Below, piece by piece: positions 9,757 to 22,030 of a stretch of 64,000 bases of DNA (within the stretch, counting starts at the first letter, position 1; every line of letters starts with the position of its first letter). Source of the stretch: Setoptus koraiensis (lineage: Eukaryota; Animalia; Arthropoda); assembly GCA_048013815.1 (NCBI GenBank), contig CM106585.1, positions 18,786,001 to 18,850,000 on the forward strand, in the 5' to 3' direction. The notes under the pieces are model-generated. The model searched no databases and had not been told where the DNA came from. It saw only the letters and a program-made list of their open reading frames with translations. Both the position numbers and the translations under genes were made by a program.

Positions 9757-12153
9757 TTAATGGCCAATCAATCTATACCAGCGACGATTTCTTCTGCTCA
9801 AGGTGGGCGCCACTTGCCTTGCGCAGCTAGCTTGATGGAATTGGCTCGATGATTGACAAATGGGATAATTTCTAATGTCAATATATGGCGCTAACGCAAT
9901 GGGTAATTTGCGCTGTTTGATGGCGTCATTGGTCTGCTCTGAAGCTAATTCAATTCCGGTCAATTGGTCATCATTATTTTGATTACAGGTGGGGCTGCTG
10001 GCATCACTGAATAGTTTTGTAATATCACCAATGTGTAGCTGAGAATTGTTGTTGCTAGTGTTTTGTGGAATTTGATTATATAATGGCACAGATTTACTAT
10101 AGATAGAATAGTTGCTGTTGTACAATTGATTGCTACTGTTACTGTGTCGATGATTTGATACCGTTGTTGTGGCAACATTACTGCCGTCTATGACACTCGA
10201 AGGTCTATTAAACATTATACTTAACAATTTTGACACATTCCTCTTGCCGCCACCATTTCCGTTGGAATTATCTGTACTTTTGCATGAGCTACAACTGCCC
10301 CTAGAGAGACTTCTCTCGTTAGAATTGTTGCTGTTTGATAGATTGGTAGAATCGGAGGATAATTTAAACAGCTTTGAATGGGCATTGCTGGTGCTGTGAT
10401 CGGACAAATCCAGCGATTTGTTTAATTTATCTTCGTCATGCGATATGTCGTCATCATCCAAAACGTCCGACGTGGACGAACATTGCCGATTTGCGTGCTG
10501 CCGCTCGCTGTCCTGCGTCTTGAGACTATACGATTTTTGTCTCGGTATTAAATGTGTCACATTTGTTACGATGGCCATCTCTTGTTTGGGTGCCACGACC
10601 AACTTTTGTTGTTCCTTGAGTTTGATTCTGTCGTCGGCTGTGCCGGCCATCATCATACCGGTGACAGTTATGGTGGTTCGTCGTTGTTTGTATTTAAACA
10701 GGCCCCTTCTCTTGGTGCGCGTCCGCGACAATTTATCCAACGATCCGTTGCTATCTGCTATGATTTGCTGTTTATCTGTGTCGCCGATTGCTCCAATACT
10801 GAAACATCGGCTGCCATTATTATTATTATCTATTGTTTGCAATAAATCGCCGCTTGAGTAGTCACTATTTGATGACAACAAGGCGGTTGCTTGTTGTTTT
10901 TTACTGTGATGCTGTTTCCTATTATGATTAACGAACGTCTTCGAGGAAACTATGGCCAACGAGGCCCGTCTAAACGACGACTTTATCGAGTCATATCTGT
11001 CATGTAGGTTATTGTTGAGCTTTGTTGAGATCTTTACACTGTTGCTATTACTATTATTGCTATTACTGCTGCTGCTGTCAGTTGGTGGGCGCCCAAGGCC
11101 ATTGTTTGGTGTGATATGTCGATTGTTGTGGTCACTTCCGGTGGTTGCAGTGGTCGATTGACTGGGCAAACTGTTCGCTTGTATGAGCAGTGCCTTGAAG
11201 GTGTTGCATATGCCCATGTGAGATTCGGCTGCCGAAATCTGTGTGGCCAAAATTAAATTAATTTTATAATTTAATCAATCAGCGAGGTATAAGTGAGGTA
11301 ATTGATAAATTGTTAGTATGTTTCGATTTAGATTGGTGGCTCGCACTTTTTTGGCGCACTTTTTTGGCGCACTTTACCCGTTCGTGGACCTACCTCAGAA
11401 AAGAGACACTGGTGCAGCGCGGCCAACGAGTGACCCTCGAAGCCCAACACTTGTCGCCCGTCTCTGCTCAGGTCGCATTTGTTTGCCAGCAACAGTATTG
11501 GCCTCTTGATTTTGGTCAGCAATTGCATAGAGACTTGATTGCAACAGGGGCCCGTTGAGTGGCTCATTTGTTGTTCATTCAGGTTTGTCATGACATTTTC
11601 GATGGCCTTCAAATAGTATCGTGCCCTGTCAAAACTGTTCCTGTCATTGATGGCATATATCACAATGAACGCGTCCGCCCAGAGCATTTTCGCTACCAAT
11701 TGCGACCCATTGACGTTGTTGTTGTCGCCGTCAGAGTTGTTGTCGTTGTCGTTGTAATATTGGACAGTTTGCTCTTGAAGCTCCACCGAAGTGGTCATAT
11801 TTTTCCTTGCGTCATACGCAATCGGTTGCTTGTAAATCCAGTCTACAAACGTTTTATGGCAATTAGCGATGGTGAACGATCATTTTAAGCAAAAATCAAC
11901 AAAATTATCGTTAGTCACCCATTGGTTTGCGACACGAGATTGTTGTTTGTTTGAACGAAACGAAACGAAAAAAAAATTGTTCAAATTGTTTCGTTTGCCA
12001 AATTGTCTTACCTTTGGACGAGCCGTAGTGGCCGATGAATCGGTGCGTCAAGAAGCGCACAATTGTCGCCGATTTGCCCACATTTCTCTCGCCCAAAACC
12101 AGAACCTTGACGGTGAGCTGGCGAGGTGCCCTCTTCCTGTTGGGCACCGCCAT
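9757..12153 (-). CDS. Ras-superfamily GTPase-like protein (RERG/RASL11/RASL12-like) with a long Ser/Asn-rich tail; 3 exons, 690 aa
   Basis: Exons 12153-12012, 11842-11394 and 11238-9757. Splice sites AAAG|GTAAG...TTTGTAG|AC and GAG|GTAGGT...CACAG|ATT keep frame. This gives G1 [26 protein letters not shown]4 NKCD and a G5 EISA formed across the junction. Confidence 0.85.
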
Positions 12154-15100
12154 ACTTGTTACGTAAGCACTTATTACTTATTATTACTTATTACTTGTTA
12201 TTGTTGTTACGTTGTGAGAGTTGTCGCGGCGAAAGCGACTTTGTTGTCTCGCCGAGCGGTCGCCTGATGTTTGCTGGATGTGACGTGCGATATCGGCCAC
12301 TCTCTGGCGCCAATTTTCGGACTGTTTCGCAAATTTTCAGACTGTTTCGCAAATTTTCAAACTGTTTCGCGAATCGTCGGACTGTCGCGCAAACTCAGCT
12401 AGCTGGCCAAGATGCGATAATTAATTGGAGCTGCTGCGATGAAGGTTGCTCGATCGTTCACTGATGCAGCATTTTACGCTTGCAATTGCACCCTCACTAA
12501 CTGGCGTATAAATCTCGCTCCAATTACGCGTTTAGCTTTGGGCTGACAGGCTTCTCGTTGCGGCCCATTCATTCATTGTGTGCTCTTGTCACATATATAT
12601 ATAATTCTTGTTATATGTAACTCTTGTTATATAAGATATATATACTTTTCAGTTTGTGCTGCGCGCTAGACGCTTGCGTGCGATATTGTGTTTGGCAATT
12701 AATCCGAGTCAGTATGTTGGTGTCGTCGAGGATGCCGAGATTGCCTGATCACATCGTCGTTCACACATTGTCGTCTTGTGGCGAGCCGATGTCAGCGTGC
12801 GTTGCTGTTGTCATCGTTTGAGTCGCTATTAATGGGCGACGATGCCAAAAATGATGCCGATTAGAGTTCATTGATTCCTTTATCTCTTTTGCTGTGTCTG
12901 TCGGTTGGCCGATGCTAATTTTGAGCACTAACTTGTATCATCACAGCGCACATTAACTAAAAATACTGTTCGCTGATTAGTCGCTGATGGCTACGGCACT
13001 AGCTCATTTGCATAAGTCGTGGCGTCTCGTTGCGGCTTCTAGTTCTAGAAATTGTTTCGGCCTCTTCGGGCTAGAGTGCAGTCGCTATAGTGCAGTCGCT
13101 ATAGTGCAGTCGCTAGAATCGAGTCGACGGAATCCAGTCAGCAGAACGCAGTCACTAGAATGCAGTGTCTTGCCGCCGATCCGGTGCGTTGCGTGTTGCG
13201 CAATTAAAGTGTCGTCATTTGTAGTTTGTGTCTTGATGTAGTTGATTAATAAAACTTGTGTCGACTCGTCAACTGTCTCGCACAAACTGTGCTCATCGTG
13301 CAAACTCTGTCGCCGATGTCGCTATGTCCGCCGCGCATCCGTTTCGGTGTGCGCAACTGCAACTGATTATGCAACGGGTTAATCATGCCAAACCAGCACT
13401 GACGCGTCCTTTGCGACGTCTGACCTGACCGCGATCGACGGAGCCCGCTCGTCAATCGCGTTCGGCTGTTCGGCTGTTGGGCGGCTCGGCTGTTCGGCTG
13501 TTGGGCGGCCCGGCGGCTCGGGTTGCCAATTGACCTCGCTCACAAGTCACATTCGGTGTGTGTCATTCAGCGGCTGCATACGCGCTGCATAATGACGGCG
13601 GGCATGCTCACTGGGGCCCGGTGGGCGCAACCTTTTCACACTTGCGTTCGCAGTTTGGCCCCATCCCTGTTTATTCACGCTCGACACCGGCCAGCCGGAG
13701 TAGACTGGCGCCGCCAGAAGTGGTCGGCACTGTGCGCATGACCCCAGAGGTCAGCCAGCCGGCCGGCCAGACCCCAAAAGGCACGAGAAGGGGGGATTAT
13801 CCGATTCACGCTGATTGCGCTGCGCGAGCGGTAGCCCATCTGGTCACGACTATCTAGGCTAATCTGAGGGCGCGAGCCGGGCCCCAGCGCGTTATTTTAC
13901 TATCGCTCTTTACTATCACAGCGCACACACGCTAGACAGTCGCTTCGGTCGCTTCTTTCGCCAGCCAGCTGGAATTGTCACCAGCGGGTGTGTTTGCACA
14001 CCGTTACTATTATTATGTAATAGCTGCCTGTCTGTATGCACGCCGCGCCGAACCCGATCGAGCCAAATCGAGCCGAATCGAGCCGAATGGAGCCGCCGCA
14101 CAGCAATCGATCTATTGTTAGCGGGCCCCAATAGATTGCCGGCCAGCACAGCGTGCGGGTGCAATGAACTTGGCGACCACGGGCCCCCCCTGTCGGCGTT
14201 GGCTGGCTCGGTCCGAATGCGGCACAATTGCGAACCAATGACCTCACAAGTATGACGATAGCCTCGCTGGCCGGCCAACGGGCCATTTTTGTCGTCGGCC
14301 ACCTTGTTGTGGCGCCCGGTATGATACCGGCGGTATCAGCGGGCCACTGTCACGGCGCTGGCTCATCAATCATACACCGGGGCCAGATTGACAACTGAGG
14401 CCCCTGTCGCAGGTAATGTGTGCGGCGGCCCGCTGGAGTCAGCTTACTACCGTAGTAATACTACGTGCGATTGGTCGATGGCCGCCGGCCAATTATTATC
14501 AGCCGATACCGCCGATAATTATCGCCTGACGACCCCAACAATGGCCAGCAACATTAGCCGGCCCTGTGGCGACCGTGCCCTGCGAGAATATCGTCGTCTG
14601 GGGCTGGGCCCCTTGGCCAGCGAGCGGGGGCCCAAGTGCCGGCCGAATGCATTTTTCCGGCTGTCAGGTGTCGGTTGTCCAATGTGACTCACGAGTCAGC
14701 TCTGTCGTTTTTCGACACAGAAGCTGGCTGCCAGAACACACAGAGGGGGGCGGCCGGGGAGGCTCTTCCGCTCATTCGCGAGGCTCCCTCTTTCGCTTGC
14801 CTCTCGCTCGAGACTGTCAGCCGATCTCGACCTGCAAATCTGCGACCAAAGTGCAATCTCCGATCGTCCCAGAAGCGAGCGCGCGGCTCCAAAAGCGACG
14901 CCCGACCTCTGAAAGAATCTGAACGGGGCCTGAAAGATTCTGAAAGATTCTGAGAGAAAAATAAATACCAAAAGCCCGTCCGCTCTGGACGATACGCGGG
15001 CCACTCTCTGGCGGGCCCATAGACGAAAGGATTGAGCCACCCGGTTGTTACATTTGAATTTGCGCGAGTTCGATGAACTCAGCTCGGCTATTTGATGTGC

Positions 15101-15388
15101 CAGCGCGCTGTCACTCACAACGAGCAGCCTCGACTGATAAAAGAATGGCGAGCTCGAGCTATTAAGGCACCACACTCACTATTGAATTAGCACACACACA
15201 CGCACGCACACAGCTTTCTAAATGCGAGCTGAGCGACCAAGACGGGCCAGCGCCGGCCGAGGGGCCCCGAAAGTCGGCGTGCATGTCATGGCGCGCTCAA
15301 GATTACTCCCACTCAGGTATGTGACTGAGCTGTTGGCTTGCGCCTTGAAATTGCATTCCGTTGCACTATTGTGTGTGTGTGTGTGTGT

Positions 15389-15428
15389 GCTGTTTGGGGG
15401 CCCGTGGGCCCACGGGCCCCCAAACAGC
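15389..15428. repeat. Perfect 40-bp palindrome
   Basis: GCTGTTTGGGGGCCCGTGGG|CCCACGGGCCCCCAAACAGC equals its own reverse complement; it sits next to a (GT)n tract. Confidence 0.95.
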
Positions 15429-15550
15429 GACCGGCCAGCCGGTGATCAGAGTGGCGCCACTCGGGCACGCAATCTCGCCGTCAGCCTGGCTTTGCGCTGC
15501 ACGAATTTTATTACAAAATTGCGCTCGCACAGCTCGCCTCAGTGTATCGC

Positions 15551-15558
15551 TATCGATA
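15551..15558. promoter_or_regulatory. DRE-like element TATCGATA
   Basis: Exact match to the arthropod DREF core-promoter motif; a single site, function not shown. Confidence 0.3.
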
Positions 15559-16438
15559 CATTGGGGCACCTAGAACTTGTAGGCTATAAGTTCTAGGATA
15601 GAAGTTCTAGGCTAGAAGCTCTAGGCTAGAACGGATCGGAAGTGACTTTTTGTGCTCCATTAGCGTGCGCTGTTAGTGCCCTGGTGGCACTCCGGAAACC
15701 GCGCACGCTCTGGTTGACCCCGCACCAATCGGGTGATTGAACTGCAAGTGAGCCGGCTGTCCGAGTGAACGCCCATCGTCGGGTTCAACCGGCCGGGTTC
15801 GTTGTCATTTGAATATCGGCCGGCTAGCCGGTGCGGTTAGCCGGTCACCGGCCGCTGTTGGGGGCCGGTTAACGGAACACCATTTTACAGGCTTGGCAAA
15901 AGCTAAATATCGCACACACATTGGAACGAGTGCCACTAAAACGATTAGGGCTCGATTTGATTTATTGCCCGGCGCGATTGTCGCTCACAGTGCTTGAACC
16001 CGTCGCTGCATTCCGATTAACAATTAAACCATTCGCTCTGTTTGCGTCACGCTTCATTTGGCCCAAATCAAGTCTTGGGTCATTGCAGAAATTGAATTAG
16101 TGCGTACACTGGAGCCAATGATCGGCCATTTATTGCCATGTCTCCATTCGCTTGGCTTGATCTCGACAAAAGGCCCACTCCAGCTAATGATCCAGAACGG
16201 ATGTGGGCTCGACACAACATTCATTCATCATTTGTGTTGTAACTCTTCTCTGTGTTGTGTCAATAACGCAATTACGTCACCAACTCACGTCATGGCTCAC
16301 GAATTAGTCGATGAATAAATCAAAAAGTCAAAAATAATCCAAAACAGAACACACCTACGAGATATCATACGAGATATCAGCTGCTTCGCTTTATTATCTT
16401 TATCGCTTGTCGTCTACAAATCATCATTAATCAGCCCA

Positions 16439-17082
16439 TCACAACAGCCAGCTACTCAGAAGTCCGCCACCGCCCAGCGTATTACCCAAGACGCCCGTCT
16501 TGCACCAATCATACGACGAGCCGTACGGAGAATACGGGTTGGCGCCCCACAAACCTCCGCCTTGATAACCGGGCCTCAGGGCGTAGCCGTAATTGCCGTA
16601 TCCTGAGTTGTAACCAGTCCCGTAGGCACCGTATCCCGAACCGTAGCCAGCGCCGTAGGCGCCGTGTCCTGATCCATAGCCAGTCCCGTAGCCCAGGCCG
16701 TACCCACTGCCGTATCCGGCCCGACCGGCTCCATAGCTTTGTCTACCCAGGCTGAGGTAACCGCCTCGTCCGCTACCCTCAATGTTGAGCCACCCGTTCG
16801 AGTCGTGATCGTAACCGTAGCCGCTCGCGTAACCGTAATTTTGTCCTGTCAGATAAAATAAGCGATATGAGATGAGATGAGAGTGCTCCTAAATTGACGA
16901 CAGCGCCACAGACATCAACTGATCGTATGGACTTGCGATAAACGTCAAGAGCCAACGATTTTTTGTGGTCACTCACCTGGATAATGTTTGATGGCCTGTA
17001 AGCCTTGGTGTGGGAACGCGATCAATTGCAGAAGACCAACTGCGATCAAGCTGAGAATGCTTCGGAGATTCACTAGCATCAT
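16439..17082 (-). CDS. Secreted Gly/Tyr-rich structural protein (cuticle/cement/eggshell-like); 2 exons, 170 aa
   Basis: Exon 1 17082-16977 (MMLVNLRSILSLIAVGLLQLIAFPHQGLQAIKHYP, signal-like); intron CCAG|GTGAGT...TGACAG|GA; exon 2 16845-16439 (QNYGYASGYGY...GYGSGYGLGYGTGYGSG...LSSWLL*). AATAAA lies downstream on the minus strand at 16395-16390. The ORF track misses this frame. Confidence 0.85.
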
Positions 17083-17229
17083 TTCGATAGAGTCGAGTAA
17101 ATCTCTTCCAATTTAATTAATAGATTATCTTGATTGGCAATTGTTTGATTTTCGATACTGTAATAGACTTAGACTTGCCTGGATCAACTACGACTGACTA
17201 CTGATTTCAGGTATCACCCAACAACTGTC

Positions 17230-17237
17230 TATTTATA
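17230..17237 (-). promoter_or_regulatory. TATA box (TATAAATA) of the Gly/Tyr-rich gene
   Basis: Minus-strand TATAAATA followed about 35 nt later by an Inr-like ATCAGTA (17205-17199), about 150 nt upstream of the ATG. Confidence 0.45.
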
Positions 17238-17622
17238 CGCTGTCACTTGGCAATCGTACAAACGACAACGGAAGTGTCGGGTACCCGCATCAGTTTCATT
17301 CAAGTCTGTTGTCAACTACAAAGTCACATATTTTCTCACTGTGTAATGAACACCGATAGTTGACACACGGTAGAGAAGTCACTAGTAGGGCCTAAAAAAT
17401 TGAGCAAGTAGAATAATGCTTATGATATATCACGCTACATTTGATCGCATTTTAATTTATGCACAAAATTTGACACAACGGTCTGTGCGATATTGACATT
17501 GAAACAGCGGATGGAGAGGTCGAAATGACTTTTTTTTTCTAACTGGAATCAGTAGTGTATGAATACCTGTGTGATAAATCATTGTATCTCACATTTCCAC
17601 ATGTTTTTGAGTGTCCCTGGGT

Positions 17623-19594
17623 CTAATCTTCTCTGTGAAATTGATTCATATGTGTCGTTATATGAATATTAACATCAGCTGCTCGCACTAGATATGGATA
17701 ATCTCCGCCTGATTTCAGAAGGGCAACCTTGGCATTTGGATACAGCTTGTGCAGTCCCAAATGTATTGTATTGTTGAGATCATAGCGTTCAAAGAGTTCA
17801 ATTATGGTCAAGAAAATATTTGATGGCATATGTGTTGGATTGACATAGTCCGATGTGTAGTTCAGAGTTAGTCTTGATGCCAATTCTGATTGACTCATAC
17901 CTTTCAGGCGATCTGACATGAAAGACATTGCCCTCAGTTCATCACGGCTGGCTGTAGAATTCATCACATGTCTGCTCATTGTTCCTGTTTGATGGTTTGA
18001 GTTTCTATTCTTAATTGTTACAGATGACTGTTGATTGGGGAGATCATGAGAATTGTTACTTGGTAGAGCAGTCGACATAAGTGCCAATTTCGGCATCATC
18101 CAGAAAAACGATGCAGCTCCGCTTCTCTTGAAAACGTTTGTATCTATCCAAGTTGAGTACAATATAATTGACAGAACTCTGTTTCTACCATGTAAACTGG
18201 AAGCAAATTTTTGTGCTAGAAACCCACCCAAGCCCGAACCAAATAAATGAGCCCTTTTGATATTTAGAGAGTCCAAAAAGGTTCTAAAACCAAAGTTGAA
18301 GTTCGCAATGGACCAATAATCTGGCCAAAATACTGAAATGCATCTATAAGACTTTGAAAGTTCCAAAATTTGCTTGTAGAACACGTCCGCCGTCTCTGTG
18401 GCCCCTGGCAAAAATATTAATACTGGCGGATCTGATGAAGTAAGGCTTCCTTCCACAAAAGAGTTCTCCTCAGAACTCTGTGATAATTCTTTTCTTTTTT
18501 CCTCTGGTCTGTTTTTGAATTCTTCGTCATTGTTTGGGTTTTGTTGCGCTTCAAACTTTTGATGATTCTTGCGACTATCATAAGTTTTGGTCAATTTAAA
18601 TTCTTGTTTTATCACATCAGTTGCTTTTGGTGTAGATTCCGAATTATTATCCGTCATTGTCATTGTGTTACCTGATCGGTCTTCTTTAATTTGAGCGTTT
18701 AATTGGCTTGCTGCGGAGTCTTTATTGTTGCTACTAATGACGGATTTATTGGTCGATTCCTGTGTTTCCTCTTTAGCAGAGGAGACGCTTTGTTTCTTGT
18801 TAAACTTAATGGGTATACCAGAATCATAATAAAGCCAGCATTGATTCTCGTCCGAGAAGAGACGTTTCAATGGGACTCGACCTCTAAAAGTGGAATAAAG
18901 ATCATCCGGATCCAGCTCGTCCAGAGGAACTGTATAGTTCAGGATATCCGTTTCGTTGCTGAATGGTTCAAAATGTCTCAAACAGTCAATACTGTAAATG
19001 TGCGAATCATGGTGTTCAGGTAAAGTGGGCAATCGAGGCAACGTAATGAAATTGTGTATAGTAGATCGTCGATAATGTTTGGCAGCAGAATTGTTTTTTT
19101 GTGGCGAGTAATCGTTGTAGTTGTTGACGTTTGTTGATCGGTTAGGCAATTGATTTGTGGTCCAAGCACGGGATCGACGGTGTCGAGTTAATTGATTAGG
19201 AGAAGAGAGGAGCATACTTTTGTTATTATTATTGGTCATCTTAGAGTCATTCATAGTTTTCTCAATATTGATATCCCCACTGCGACCTCGATCATGTGCA
19301 GTCAGAAGGGAGGGAGCTGATGATCTGATAAATTCAGAATCACAAACAAACGATGATCTAGAGAAGAACATGGCAATTGGAAGGGTTTGGGGGGGGGGTC
19401 TGTAGCTAGTGTGAGGCAGCTTTTGAATAGCCAGTTCAAAATTAATATTGTTGTATCATTCGCTGAATGAGTTTTATTAGTTTAGATTGGGCTTGAGAAT
19501 TTATCTGTGTCAAGTGAAATAAGAATGGCACGACTGGCATAGACATAGTGAAAGAATGAGCCACTTACCCTTGACTTTCTTCGATGCAGGCCAT
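17623..19594 (-). CDS. SPG21: Maspardin (alpha/beta-hydrolase fold); probably 2 exons, 600 aa (582 aa if started at 19371)
   Basis: FRGRVPLKR, LIFLPG...TADVFYKQIL, HLFGSGLGGFLAQKFA, FWMMP, QSELASRLTLN and KLYPNAKVALLKSGGDYPYL all match maspardin. A micro-exon at 19594-19569 (MACIEESQG; GG|GTAAGT) splices in frame to CTACAG|A at 19399, and there is an in-frame stop upstream of its ATG. Confidence 0.9.
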
Positions 19595-20159
19595 AGTGAT
19601 CGAGATTTAGATCTTTGACGGAGTGATGGTTTTGTCGATTGATCTTATTGTATGCGAACAATAAAAGTAGATGATGATAATAATAATAGTAATAGAATAA
19701 AAGTCGATAGTGTAATAATAAATAGAGTCTGTGAACGTTCAGTCAGTCCGATACAGATATCCGAGATAATAGATATGGACCATCAATGGCAATCGATATC
19801 GGTAACATTTTCAGTCAGTCTTTCACAATTGGATCGGTCGATATTCAGTCGTCACAACCGTGTAAGATCCAAATAATCTCTTCAATTGAGACTTCGTCGT
19901 TGTTGTTGTTGTTGTTGATGTTACTTGATACGCATTCAATGTTGATGGCCACCGATGTGTGCCACTATTTTTGTGCGAATCCTTTATCAGCTGATCGTTA
20001 TTTGGCGGCGAGACCGGTGTGAGTGCACGGCAAAAACAATCGGACGCAGTCACTTTGAAACTTTCAAGCCAACACAACATATCACAATATTATCTCAATA
20101 CACAATCCCAAATACTTGACAGTATTATTATCAGAGATTAATAAGGATAATCGCGCAAA

Positions 20160-21282
20160 ATGTATACTCAATCACCTTCAAAACGATTATCTGCCACCGT
20201 CTGTCAGGTGAACAACAGCGTCAAGTATTACTATGTAAATTTTGAGTATCCGGCAATAGTCTGGCGAAACGTTTTCATATTTATCGCACTTCACATACTG
20301 TATCTATACGGAGTTTACTACTCTCTTTTGCTGGCACCCTGGTCCGTTTGGTTCTTCAGTAAGTAACTGAGTGGTCTGACCCGCTGACAATACGCTCGCA
20401 CAGACTTAATTACATTATTATTTACACATGTCTCACTTTATATGTCCCAGTGTATTTTGTCGCCCTGTTGGGAGGCCTAGGTATCACCGCTGGAGCTCAT
20501 CGACTTTGGTCGCACAAGACATACAAAGCAAGCACTCCGTTACAGGTCTTTTTGGTGATTTGTAACTGTATTGCCGGACAAAATGATCTCATTGAATGGT
20601 GTCGAGACCACAGGTTACATCACAAGGCCTCAGAATCGGATGCGGATCCGCACAACTCAAACAGGGGATGGTTTTTCGCTCACATTGGTTGGCTGTTACA
20701 ACGCAAGCATCCAAAAGTCATTGAGACCGGCTCCAAACTTGACATGAGCGACCTGGAGAACGATCCTATTCTGGTCTTCCAAAGGCGCTATTACTGGCCT
20801 CTATTTGTGTCGTTCGGGCTCGCCATACCCATCGGAGTTTGTCACGTTTATTTTGGCGCGCCTCTATTGCATTCCATCGGCATAGGTAAGAAGTCAGTCC
20901 AGGCTACCAATGCTTTCATCGCGGCTCAACTAAACTAATTATTTTGTTCAATCTTCACCACAACAACAATCATTTAGCTGCGTGGCGCTATGTAGGTTCC
21001 CTCCATTGTACCTGGCTTGTCAACTCGGCCGCGCATATCTGGGGCGATCAGCCCTATCGCACAAATATTGAACCCAGAGAGAACAGTTTTGTTTCTTTTG
21101 GAGCCCTTGGCGAGGGTTTCCACAATTATCATCACACATTCCCATTTGATTACTCTACAAGTGAATTTGGTAAATTTTGCAACGCTACAACAGCCTTCAT
21201 TGATGCGATGGCCGCCATTGGACTGGTGCGTGATCGCAGATCAGCCAGCAAAGAACTGATAAGTAGTCGTCGTGTGAGCTGA
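20160..21282 (+). CDS. SCD: Delta-9 acyl-CoA (stearoyl-CoA) desaturase; 3 exons, about 312 aa
   Basis: Exons 20160-20358, 20451-20885 and 20978-21282, with two 92-bp GT-AG introns that keep frame. His boxes HRLWSH, HRLHH and HNYHH; also IVWRNV, GITAGA and WLVNSAAH. The true C-terminus may use an extra small exon via GTGAGC at 21274. Confidence 0.92.
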
Positions 21283-21930
21283 AACAAAAGCAACAACAGT
21301 GCCAACAAATGCAATCTAATCTAATAAGCTTTTGTAGGGGCGACCTCTGGTGCAAGATCATCACAATTTGTGACATTTTTACCTATGCAAAGCAAGGGTG
21401 AGAACTTGTGTGGTCACCTGTTGTTGTTGTTGTTGTTATTTAATAAATAGGATGATTTTTTTGTTCCTTGCTAGTGGTCTGATGCACATAGTAGTGTTGT
21501 TCTGAAATTGTCGTGGTCATTAACACGGAACAGTGGACAGTGCCGCCAAATATGAGAAGCAAATACATGTTGAGGTTTTATATGATGTATTCTCGCATCG
21601 TGTACTTCGCTGAGTCTCCGGTAGCTGCAGTCTCTCTCATGGTTTTTATACCATTTGTGTGAGACAGCAGAAATAATTCTATCATTCTGAATAGATCTGC
21701 CAAATTTTTACGGCAAGAGAACTTGCGTCGCCGATGGTCTTCGACTGCCACTTATTTATTACTTATCGAAATCAATGTTTCCGGTCGTAGAAACAAAAAC
21801 TCGCTCCAAAACTAGATTTGATATTGAATCAATAGTCTTGCTGGCGCGGTAGTTTTGGCACAAATTTAAACATTCGCGGACACAATTATCTGCTCGTCAT
21901 CATTAAAATCGCTCTACTCCAATGCCCTTC

Positions 21931-22030
<100 letters not shown>

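Noticed and set aside
11328-11393. ORF-track C-terminus [21 protein letters not shown] for the Ras-like exon
   Set aside because: Intronic: splicing at GAG|GTAGGT restores the G5 motif EISA.
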